A stretch of DNA of 64,000 nt from positions 6,076,001-6,140,000 of the forward strand of contig CM102283.1 in the NCBI GenBank assembly GCA_046563655.1. Reading direction: 5' to 3'. Position numbers and translations under genes: made by a program. Shown here one piece after another: positions 1 to 11,693 of this stretch. The stretch comes from Yuukianura sp. NJ FZ-2021. Its lineage: Eukaryota. Below the pieces are notes generated by a model. It had not been told where the DNA came from, did not search any database, and was given only the letters and a program-made list of their open reading frames with translations. The stretch's first letter is position 1; every line of letters starts with the position of its first letter.

Positions 1-2
1 AG

Positions 3-137
3 GTGATCTCTGCCATGTTTCCGCTGGTATTGATCTACGTTCTGACTGTTTGGCACCAGCATTCCATTGACACAGCACGACCAAAGGCTAAAGTCTATTC
101 AGAGGAATCTTCATCTCTTGACTGGATGTTGAACTGA
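3..137 (+). CDS. Possible terminal coding exon of an upstream gene (hydrophobic segment then short tail)
   Basis: AG at 1-2 is followed by an open frame VISAMFPLVLIYVLTVWHQHSIDTARPKAKVYSEESSSLDWMLN-TGA and then long AT-rich UTR-like sequence. The window edge hides the rest. Confidence 0.35.
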   Translation: MISAMFPLVLIYVLTVWHQHSIDTARPKAKVYSEESSSLDWMLN

Positions 138-1994
138 AGTGAGGGAGAAAGTGGGACAGGATGAAAGCAAGAGAAAGTTCTCCAGTCCAACCAAACTCAG
201 AAATCGATAGACTTAATACCACCAGGGTTACTATGGGTCGTGGGCACGACTAAAACAGCGGGCACGATTTTTTTTTAATTTAAAAAGTAGCATGTTTTTC
301 TTTCAGGTGAAGACAATTGTAATTGTGACTACTTGAAGGATATTTTTTAATGAAAGAATGCACAAAAAAGTGAAGAATCTTTTAATCAACATACGTGTTT
401 TTTTTTCCAATTTCCATTTTTTTTAATTTTTCCAATCAATTTTTTTCAGCAAGTTCTTTTTCAATTGGGTTGGGTTATAGTTTTATAATATCTCTTTTTA
501 GAAGGTAACATCTTGTTGTCGTTGTTGTTTGCGATGCTGATGAAAAGAAATCAGTTTTTCAAAACCACTTTCTCCATTATATTTGTATACAAAATATCAA
601 AAAATGGATAATTTCGGTTTTTAAGGCGATGGGACATTTTTACAAATTTGACAACCGTTCTAAGAAGAGACAAACTATAATTTTCTTTTTAGAGGCCATT
701 TTTTTTCAAACCGGTGCATTTTTTTTCAAAGGATACCATACTACTTGTAACGGTTTTTTAGTTTTTTTAGGCGTTCAATTATTGTTCAAACTCCTGCAAA
801 CATTTTTCAAACTCGTGGCATTCCTTTTCAAATGAGCCCAAACTCTTTGTACAGCATTTACAAAACACCTCTTCTCAAACAAGCACGATGCTTTGCAAAC
901 GAAAGTATTTAAAGAATTCGGTTTTGATGAATTTTCTTTTCAACGAGAATTTTCGACGAAGTCCATCATTGTTCGTTTGGAAATTAGTTAGATCCGGGTA
1001 TTTTGTGTACGGAGAAAGGGAGACTGGGAGGCCCTGGATATGTGCCTGGTGAAATGCAAGGAGAAGGACCTATAACAGTGGAAGAATGCAGAAAGCGGAG
1101 GTCCAGCATCCAGAGACGCATTCTGAGAATCAATTCCTTGACCTCTCACATTTTAAACATTACTCTCCCATGCCCTCCTATTCAAGGAACAATTTTTCAA
1201 CTTAACTTTATTAGAAAGTCGAACCAGCTTCTACGCTGATACTTGCATCCTATTTGTACTTAAATGTAAAACTTTTGTAGAATTAAAAGAAATCTCTTGT
1301 TGAAGATCTTATGTGTGGAGTATTGGAAAGTCGAGAACACAAAATATGCTTAACTTTAACCATAATTAAAAATTCTTAAATAAGATTAATATAAGATTAT
1401 AATCTAAATATAAGATTATACTTGAAAATCCTACGTTTTACATTTTCATATGTACAAGTCATGTGATTTGGTTTGGTCAAACAGTTCATAACCTGAACTC
1501 GTTGAAAATTTGTCACTTTACACAGCAATTTGAAATTAATTGAAGTTAATTTAGAAAATATAAGTAGGTCCATCGTTGCTTGAGTACTTTTTTAAACCCT
1601 GCTGCAATATTACTAGATATTTTCGTAAACACGACGTAACTCACACTAAACATATGTAAACTAACTACATTTAAATATATGTATAATAAAATCTTAACTA
1701 AATTATGATCATAAAATAAAAATATTAAAAGAAAATTCCAGAAAAAAGTAAAACTTAAGACTTCATAGATTTTGTATAAGAATTTTACAATGAGGTTTCT
1801 TTAGTTTGTCTGTTGAAAGTCCTTCAATTACTTTCAAACTGTAAGCTAAATTTTAAATTGATTACACAAAATTACTGTGTTTGAGTGTGTCAAACACGCT
1901 AAAAATAGATATTTCGAAATTTCGGAACTTACTTAATTAAAGTAAATCTTCAGCCTTAAGTTAAGCATTGGGCGGGCATGTGGTTACCGAAATG

Positions 1995-4900
1995 TCAAAC
2001 AAATACTGCTCCACTTTTCCTTCCCGCCATCGAAGCGTAGTGCCCATTACTCTGATTTTGAATGAAAAACGGCATTTGATTTTCAGAACTGCAGAGATGA
2101 TGCGGATTTTCTCGAGCAGAAGTCAAACTCTTCTTTTTTTGCATGATTTCAAACTCAAGCGGAACTTGCCGACTTCTGGTGTCCACTTCGTTGAGACTCA
2201 CACTGAACCTTGGTTCATATGTAGCATTGGCGTGTCTGTTATTGCCGATGTACGAATCCGCTCCGAGTCCTTCCGACAACATCAGAGCTTCCGAAAAACT
2301 TGCACTTGTCGGCGTCTCATCTTGACAGCAACTATCCATTACTGATGCATAAAGCAAGTTTTCAGTGAAAGCGACTCCAGAGTGAGACTGAGAAAGTTGC
2401 AAATTTTCGCGGGTTTCCTGATGTTCCGAATCCGGAACTTGTGAAGTTTCACTGGAGCGTAGTGGAGCTAAAGTGGAGTACTTGATGTCTGCCTCGATTG
2501 TGTCACCAGTTGAGTCTTGACTGTGGTGTGACCTTGAACCTTGATTTTCTAAAAGTTGAAAGTACTCAACGCCTTCTGACTGTTCCATAATTGAATCCAG
2601 ACGTCGACGAATTGTGGCAAAATCTGGGCGATCCTCACTTTCCTTCTCCCAACATTTTCTCATGAGTGCATACAGTTCTGCAGGACATCCGTCGGGTTGT
2701 GACATTCGAAATCCTTTTTTCAAAAATTCGAAAATTTCGACATTTGTGATTCCTGGATAAGGACTGCCACCGTAAGTCACGATTTCCCACAGCAGGACAC
2801 CATAGGACCACCTAAACATATAATTTCGTTTTTGAATTTTTGAGAAAAAGAATTTCTAAATCGAAAATGCAATTTTTTTAAGTAGTTTTTTCATACACGT
2901 CTGATTTAGTTGTGTAGACTTCATCCAACAAACACTCTAACGCAAGCCACTTGAACGGAATTTTGTCATCAGAATTTTTTTTGTACCAATTTTTTTCGTA
3001 AACATCACGGCTTAGTCCGAAGTCGGCAATTTTCAAAACCGGCTTTGCTTCATTCATGACCAAAATATTTCTAGCGGCAAGGTCCCTATGAACGATTTTG
3101 TTGTTGGAAAGGAACTCCTGAGATAAAATAAAATTTTTAAGAAATTTTCAATTCAAAATTTTGGTATTTTGACATTGTTTTTTACCATTCCAACTGCCAC
3201 TTGTCTTCCAAATGACACAAAGAGGTTGAATTCCACCGGATCCAAAAGTGGCGGGTCCGTGCTGGGCGGAGTTTTTGTTGTATCACGTGAGTAAAAGTAA
3301 GCTTCATTTGTTACCACAGACAAATTCAGTGTTTCTATTGGTGCAGCAGTGGTAGTGTAGCGATCAAACTCATTTGAAGAGTTGCGCAGAAACTCTCCTG
3401 AAATTGTTCCACTGCTCATCCACTTCAACCGTCTTTTTCCTCGCGCAAGTCTTTTTAACTTTTCATCACGGATCTGTAATCAGAAAAGATGCAAAACTTT
3501 TTTGAACTTTTCCCAAAAATTGTTTTTTAAAGTTTTGAAAAAATGCCAAGTATTTCAAAATTACATTTCTCAGATAACTGTGCAAGTCTCCACCGTCGCA
3601 GTACTCTACAACGAGCGTAGGGTAATTGGCTTTAACAATTCCAATCAAGCGAACAAGGTTTGGATGTGGTTCGAGATTTTTCAAAATTTGAAATTCTTCC
3701 CAAAATTTTGATTTTTCGTCGAGATTCACTCCTTCTGTAACTCAAAAACGTAACATTAGATACACACTGTGAATTAAACTTCAGCTTTAAAAAAATCATG
3801 GTTTCCAAATTTTGAAAGAAAAATCTACTTTCAAAATTCGGAAATCATAATTTTCTTTTCTGAAAACTCCCACCTTTAAGCGTTTTTACTGCAACGATTC
3901 TGGAAGTTTGTGACTTGTACAGTGTCGCTGCATGAACTTGGCCAAAATTTCCTTCGCCAATGAGTTCCCCCATTTTGAGACAGTTGGTCTCAATAAGCCA
4001 TTTGGAACAATACGTTGGAAAATAGGAACATTCCAGTCTGGCAGCAATTTCCTTATCATCACCCTAAAATTTCAAAATTGAGGGTTTTCAAAATTTTAAA
4101 AATGTTTAACAAAGTATTAACTTACAAAATACTTTGCTCGAACTCTCCTACGTTCGCGCTTCGCCTTTCGAATTTTGAGCACAATGATGACTGCCAAGCA
4201 GACCGTGAGAAAAACAAAGACGAGTCCCGCCATGATGAACTTGTCAGCAACTGAATCTGAGAAATTCAGAGCTGGAAATTAAGAACCAAAAAACGAAAAT
4301 AAAAACAAAAATAAAATGATACCAAAAAATACATAAAAGTAAACAAAAAAAATGAAATAATTAATAAACTATAAATGTAAAAGTACTTACGAGGATGTGG
4401 CCCTTCAAAAACCATAGGAGACACTCCGCCTTTTGAAAAAGCGCGAATTATGACTTGGATGAGTCCAGAACTGGACACATTTCGAAACAGGACGGACGTT
4501 GTGGATCCTGCGACAGTTATGTTCAGCAGTTGAGTCGGATGGTGTAGAGCAGTCGCAGGCATTGACGAACTTTTAGAAGAATAGTGTGGATTGAATTTGA
4601 TTAAGCGCAATTCGTACGCTTCGATTTTATTAGTAGCAGAAGTGAACTGTGGCGGGAGCCAGGAAGCCAAAATGTCGTTCTTTGAATTCATTGAAAACCG
4701 TAAATCTCTCGGTGGCGGTGGAGCTGAAATCCAAAAAAGAAAGTACAAATTCATTCAAAAACGTAAATCTTGTGTCCCGTAAAGTGAAATTTTTCGCCAA
4801 AACTTGATCTCAAAACGTTAAATTTTCCACCACAAGCGAGACATGGGTCGTTACACTCTTTCCAAGAAATCACAACACCTCAAATTACAATGACTTTCAT

Positions 4901-7900
4901 TAGTTCACGTCATGAACATGAGGCAGACTGCACTTTCTGGGTCGCGGTTTTTGAAATTGGATATGTCAATCATCGGTTCCCGCGCTCCGCTGAACGCGAC
5001 AAAACAAAAACCAAAATGGCGGTGATTTTTACGTTGTGGTTTTGATGAACTTTAGGGTATAGAACATTTCCTTTACGAACAATTAAAAATAAATTACAAA
5101 GTTGACTTACGACACATTGTAAAGTTGTTGTTGAAAAAGTGGAGACATGGTGGCAGTGTAAAGGAAACTTCAGTTTCATTTGAAACTTCATGGCACATGT
5201 CTGAAACTTCCATTATCTGGAGCGAGTATTTTTTACCAAATGACAAAGACGATCCCTTTGTCTCGTTGTTCAGGTTGAACCAGAATGTTGAATTGGCCTA
5301 AAGCAGATTCGAATCAATATATAATTATTATTTTAAAATACATTATTTTAGTTTATTGAATTTACATGAAAGTAGACGTAGGGATCAGCGGCACTGTCCA
5401 AAATCCAAATTTGTCCTGCGCATGTTGCTCCATATCCCATTCCAGACTCCCAGTGAAGCAGAACTTGGAGGTCAGGGTGAGAGGTCACCAGTGGATTCTG
5501 TCTGATACGCTGAACTCGTGCGTTCTGCGGTCCACGACCTACGCCGCGGTCTTCAGTTGCTGTAAATTTAAAAACAATTAATTGGCTACTTCAGTTTGGA
5601 ATAACTTAAATCAACTAATTTTTTTGTTTAAAGTTAACAACTTTACGTCTAAGGACGATTGGTTCAGAACGAACAGACGCTTGTGCTCCGGAGGAAGCGA
5701 TCGGCGTCACCCGGAGTCGAAAGGTCACATTGGCGGGTACATTGACCTTTAGTAACCAAGACTTTGTCAGAAACTGATCCACTGTAGCCCATTGCTCCGC
5801 AGAATCCAGCGACTCAACTTGCAAGGCCACAACAAACAACCATGGAGAATCCAGTCCACTACATCCAAACATTACACAAAAATTACACAAACGAAAAAAT
5901 GGAACAACAGATTTTGAAGCCAAAAGTGTGGGTACAGCAGGACAAACAAATGTTTAAATTTTGTTTTAATTGTCAGTTTAAAAAATTTCAAAATTGCCAC
6001 AAGTAAACTCACGTCAAATTTGAAACTCGGGTTCCATTTTGGTGAAAAAATTCGAGACGGAAGTACGCATCAAACGATGTACTTTTGTTTAGAAAAGTAG
6101 AGCAGTGAAAAACAGGGCGTAGGGTCATCGCAGGGTCGTCAATAACAGCCACCGCAGGGGTACTTTCTAATAAAATCTTATGGTTGACATCGCAGCATCT
6201 TCCACCATCATGTTCACAGCGTTGAGCCTTTGTGGAATGAGACAGAACATTTTGAATTTTCATTTTGGAAATTAGTCATTTGGACTAAAAGTAAATAGAG
6301 ACGCATTCCTCTCATTCCCTGCCACTGTCACTTGAAAAGCCCTCATGTCAGAATTTTAAAGAAAAAGCTGCGTTTCCTTGGATTCTGTAATTCCTTTCTC
6401 GCTTGAAGAAAGTGAAATTGAAAATAAAGGAAAAGCGTAACGGAGAAAGCGAAGGGCTTTTAGACACAGCCTCCCTTCCAGAATAAATGAGTAAGTGTCC
6501 TACATATTACAAATTTATTGGAGGAAGTAACCCATTAAGTACTTTCAGAAACTTTCATTTGCAGCCTCAAAGGAAAAGTTTTTAAAACCGCATTTGGACT
6601 TTTCTTGAAACATAAAACGTGTAATGCTTGAGACATGAAAAAACCTTTGACTGGGGCACACGACACGAGCAACTTTTAAGGTCAGAGGTTAGGTTTTCAA
6701 TTCAGCAGGGATGGTAGGTTTCAGGTAACGCTCGGTTATATTGTGTTACGTATTAGGTTAGGTTTTTTGTCAATATTATGTTATGTCGTGTTACGTTTAA
6801 GGTTAGGAGGCATTAGATTACTTTATCTTAGCCCACAAAGTGTAAATTGATAAATGTCTTAAGCTCTCTGTGAACTCCAGAATCAATCAAAAGACGAAAA
6901 TTTTCAAGAGAGTTTCAACTTTTCCGCGAAACTCTTTGCAAATCAAACCGAAATTTGAAACTTTTACACTTGTAAAATTATTGAAGCACTAAGTGTTTTT
7001 AAAGTGTTTAACTTAAGTTTAACAAAAGTTTTGTATGTTAATAATAAAAAGTTAAAACATAGTTTTCAAGTGGGTGATTGAAACTTGAAACGTTTGGAAT
7101 CAGGATAGTATGTTTCCGTTTCTAACAATTTTCGTTAAAGTGGCTGAAAATTGCATTATGATGACCGACAAAACAGGATTATTGAATTCCTTTCAGTGAT
7201 TCTAAGGCAAGAATTTTCTCATGAAAGATTTACTTCAAAGCAAAGTTGAAAATGAATTTTTTACAAATTCTATCGGAACTTCCAACAGAATTTGATAAGC
7301 GTAACTTGTGCCGCATTGGAAACTCAAATTTGGACAAAAAACGTATTGTGCCAAATTCCCGGAAGTACACGATTTTCGATCACTTTCTTTTATAAAAAAA
7401 AATCCTGTTTAAACAAACCTGTCGTAAACCGGTGTATACAAAAGTAGCGCAAGATGGCCATTCGCAATGCGTTCACCTGCTGCACATTTTCGTGATTTGT
7501 GAACTACAATGCACTATATATATGGACAGAAACCTATTGACATTTGACCCTGAAAGAGGTCACATGACCTACACAAAAGTTGTTCGCCTCGGTGATATGA
7601 ACAACTTTTTCATTTTCCATGTTACTTGGGAAAAAACCGGTTGACCTTAACCTTTGACCCGTAAGGAATTGACAACTAGGATGATATTTAACAGTGAACA
7701 ACCCCTGGACCTGCGGCATTTTACAGTGAAATAGTGAAAACAGATCTCGGAAATCATTAGCGGTTTGCGAGACAATTGCCGCCGACAGCCAGACAGACAG
7801 ACATTGTCGTTGGATAAAGTAGCCACGCTACTTATAATTCTTTGAAAAAAATATTATGATGTAACTTAAAACCATTCAAAAGATTTTCACTGCAAAACTG

Positions 7901-10395
7901 ATTTTTAGCTCGGAGCATGTTGAGTCCTAACTCCTAAGGTTTCTGGAAAAGAACAGACAAACTGTTTTCATTTTTTAAAAATTTTGAATCAAAACTTGAC
8001 ACCTTTGTATCAATTTTCATGGCTCTCAAAACATACTCAGAAAACTGACGACGGCATTTCGTTGGGCTGGGTGTTTACAGGAATCGATGGCGTAAACAAG
8101 GAATCTTGTTAAAAAGCTTACAATAGAAAATGAACAACAATAGATTTCTTGAATCCTCTAGAAATTTTACAGAGTGTTCAATGTCAAGGATTTCAAAAAA
8201 AAGTGGCGAAACCTAAAAAGTAGTTGAAGTCTACTGCCTTAAGTAACATTCATGAACACCTACAAAAGCTTTTGCAATTTGCGAACAAAATGATTCTGAG
8301 AATTCCACAACACAATTGTTCCTTTTTCAAAGTTCTAAACGTCTCGTGGAAGCCAGAGACAGTTCAGTGCAACACAGCCATGTATTGTCATGTGACCATG
8401 ATCCTAAGTTATACGGTCTCAGCACACCTATTGTGTTCAAATATCTTTTGTTCAATGTTAATTGATTTGTTTCACTGATTGAATGAATTCAAAGGTTTAG
8501 CGCTCACATTTCACTAACATTTGTAAGTTACGGTAAACAAGTCGCGACCACTTCCTTTGTCATCAAAAACAAATCTTCCAAAAGTGATCTTTACCCCTAT
8601 TTGTTTTGGCACAAGATTTTCCTGTTTTTGATTTCTTTTTCTTCGATTTTGAATGCGTTTTTTCATACTTTGATTCCGCTGTTTCTAGGAATCTAAGGTT
8701 GTTTGATCTACTTTTTCTTTTATTTTGTTGTTACATCCGACTCCCGTCCCACCGCCCCCAACTTCCTGTCACTTCAATTCATTACTTCTGATATCGAAGG
8801 CTTGCAATCAAAAAATTTGGAGGAAAAGAGGTGTTTTTTTCGAATTTGAACTTACTTCAAAACAGCTCCGACAAGATTCGCCGGAACATGACACTGGTTT
8901 TGTGAACAGTTCACTTTCTTCATCCAGCATTGGCAGTACAACCTATGAATGAATCAAATGTCAAATTTAGGCCAAATCTAGAAAATCGGAATCCAATATC
9001 ATTGTGAAGCTCTGTAGCCCCTCAACCGTAGAATTTTAATTAGGTTAATTAAGTTATCATAGATTTGGGTTATACACAATCAACACCGTCATTTGAAGCC
9101 TAGTTTTAATTAAAGGTGAGATCAAAAGAATTCGGGTTTTGTCATTTGAAACCTCATAGACTGGTTTATGGCTCGTTTCTGTAGCAAATCAAAGAAAATC
9201 CAAGTTCAGATGCCACTTGAACGACAATGCCCTTTCGTCCAAATTTGAAATGTGGGGCACAGGAAAAGAACTGCTATTTTTGGAAAAACTGAAAAAAATC
9301 CCAATTAATCTAAGAAAAAAAAACTAATTCATCTCAATCAGTTTTTTTTCACGGCCTCAGGCGTCACTTTTCTCCTTGATCGATTGCATTTCTACTTTTC
9401 CCAATTCTTGTTCTCAATTTCGGGGAGTAATTGAAAGCTAAAATTTTCCATGATCTTGTTCTCGCCATGAAGTGAATGGACACTGACCTTGACGTTGACC
9501 TTTCTGCTCAAAATGTGATCTGCATCACGTTGATCGTCTTTTCCATAAAGTCTAAAACTCATGCTTTCAGAAGCTCGACACGAAGTAGTAAATTTAATAC
9601 ATACCCGCGAGGAAATTAAGTTATCATTATCTATGACCTTAGTTAAGAGGATTTTCAGTAGTGCGGAATAAAAGTTTTGTAGTAAAAGTTAACGATGTGA
9701 ATTTTTGCCAATTTGCAAAATAAAAACATGTTTTTCGGAAAATACCACAGTTCAATAAAGCCAAAAACCAAAAAGTACACAAATGCTACGCTACAAAAAA
9801 CGCTCCAATTCCTAAAATTTCTCCAACTGGAACAAATGTGTAGCAATAAATTTTTCATGTCAATCTATTACTAGAGTAAACCAGTTTTGTGCTCCATTCT
9901 GAACTTTTTGTTGTTTTTACCTAGAAGCAAAGGTTAGTCTAAGTTTAGCTTAGGCTAACTTACGTCATTTAAACTTTGGTTAAAGTAAGTATAGTTTCAT
10001 AAATTTTCGTAAGTAAACGCGTCCTGGACAACACTAAAGTGTCGTTTGACTTGAATTTAAGTTCAGTTGCTTCAAATGGGATTGAGATTTGCGCCGAAAA
10101 AGTTTAAGTGTTAGGACGCGCTCTTTGGGGGGTGATTAGCAATAGCAACTAAGAAAATTAAAGAAAAATTTAATTGTATTTTCGCGCCAAAGTTTGAAAT
10201 TAAATACAAATGAGCACTCACCTCCCTGCTTTGATTAAGACACGCGACTTGACAGATTCCTTGGGAAAGCAGTTGGCGGTAAAGTTTTTCTTGTTTCGTG
10301 ATGTCAAGGTCAGCCGCCTGTCCATGGCAGTGTGTGAAAACTACTGTCCAGAACAGACCAATACTCAGAATGGTCAGATTTCTTAGACGCGACAT
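1995..10395 (-). CDS. Receptor tyrosine kinase, Torso-like (Ret/Torso group), multi-exon
   Basis: ATG at 10395 starts a signal peptide ([25 protein letters not shown]). Cys-rich N-terminal exons at 10222-10395 and 8856-8942. FN3-like exons at about 5640-5850 and 4390-4725 (PPPPRDLRF...WLPP...YEL). TM segment at about 4170-4250. Split kinase domain with [39 protein letters not shown] and [12 protein letters not shown], followed by a long C-tail. Some ectodomain exons were not resolved. Confidence 0.85.
7411..7838. mobile_element. Non-autonomous Helentron/DINE-1-like element (HINE) in an RTK intron
   Basis: Subterminal inverted repeat AAGTAGCG (7442-7449) / CGCTACTT (7826-7833). 3' stem-loop AAGTAGC-cac-GCTACTT (7817-7833). 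Internal (GACA)n microsatellite at about 7783-7802. Non-coding, boundaries approximate. Confidence 0.55.
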
Positions 10396-11518
10396 GTTTG
10401 GCAAGTTGTGCCGGAGGTGCTATCGGGCAGACTGCATTCCAGCGACTGATGCTGAGAAGATGAAGTCAAGTGAAGATGAAAGTGGCCGCTTTCTCTTTCC
10501 TTTCGATATTGGACCAATTCGGTACACTCACTTTCTGGAAGTGGGAGGCGACGATTTTCGTAATAAGTCAGTCAGGGACGGACGTGTCTCGGAAACAATA
10601 AAGTTCTAGAAGCTGTTGTTTTGATGCATGGGAGTAATCTGGAACATTATTTCTAATAAGTACCACTTTGCACTAAAAGGAGAAACTAATTTGCGTTTAC
10701 TATTCTGTTTTAGTTTTGTTACTTCTGTTGAAATCAAAACGCGAATATTGCATCAGTTCGAATCAAAAGTTAACAAGGACTTTTGTGTTGAAGTGAGGCA
10801 GCTAATACTTGTCTGTTTTCAATCAACAAAAAGCTTCAAATCCTAACTCGACTCGATTAATTCGAAGAAAACTTTAGTACAAAACACAACTGCTTTTACT
10901 TTTTAGCGTACGAAGCTTCTCTTTACTTTTGAACAAAATTCAAACAAAAGTTTCAAGAACTGAAAATTTCCAAAGGTTAGGTCTAGGTTACATTTCGGAA
11001 TCACAGTGCGTCATTTTTTTTTTGTAAATTACAAAAATAGATCTGTTTTTTTTTTGTTTACATTTGGGTCACAAACTTTCATGTTGCATGTTGCAAAATT
11101 CAATTTTCTTAAATTTGCAAAAAGTTTCATTTTTATTCTAGAAAATTGTTGAATTCACAGAAAGTGGCCGAGTTGTAAAGAAATTCTGAGATTGAATTAT
11201 TATGCGCACTCAACGTACGACATCTTCAAAGTCCAAAGATCAAACAAAAAAATTTGAATAAGTGAAACATCCTATTTTGAAAAGAAAAACTTGGAATGTC
11301 CTTAATGCTAACAAAGTCAAATACGGTATCGACTTTGCCCGCAGCTATGTCCTATATATTACTTGAATCACTTGAAATTTGAAAGTTTAATGACGAAATC
11401 TGGAAACTGAAATTCTATACAAAAAATAGTTTCTTTATAGATGAAATACGCACGATTTACTCAAAAGTCTCGAGGAAACATTGTTGCGTTGTCGGCCTTA
11501 CTTCAACCGCCTTGCACT

Positions 11519-11693
11519 TTTTCCAATTTTGAAAAATTAATTATATTTTAAATCATATTGTCTTGTTTGTGTTTACGTCTGGCCGAAACTAATCGTACTT
11601 CTAAACTTTTCCAATTTTGAAAAATTCATTAAAACTAAATTGTATTGTCGTGTTTGTGTTTACGTCTGGTCGCAACCAAACTTACTTCCAAAC
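11519..11693. repeat. Diverged tandem duplication, 2 x about 88 bp
   Basis: Both copies carry ttccaattttgaaaaatt...tattgtc(t/g)tgtttgtgtttacgtctgg...tacttc(t/c)aaac. Confidence 0.8.
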
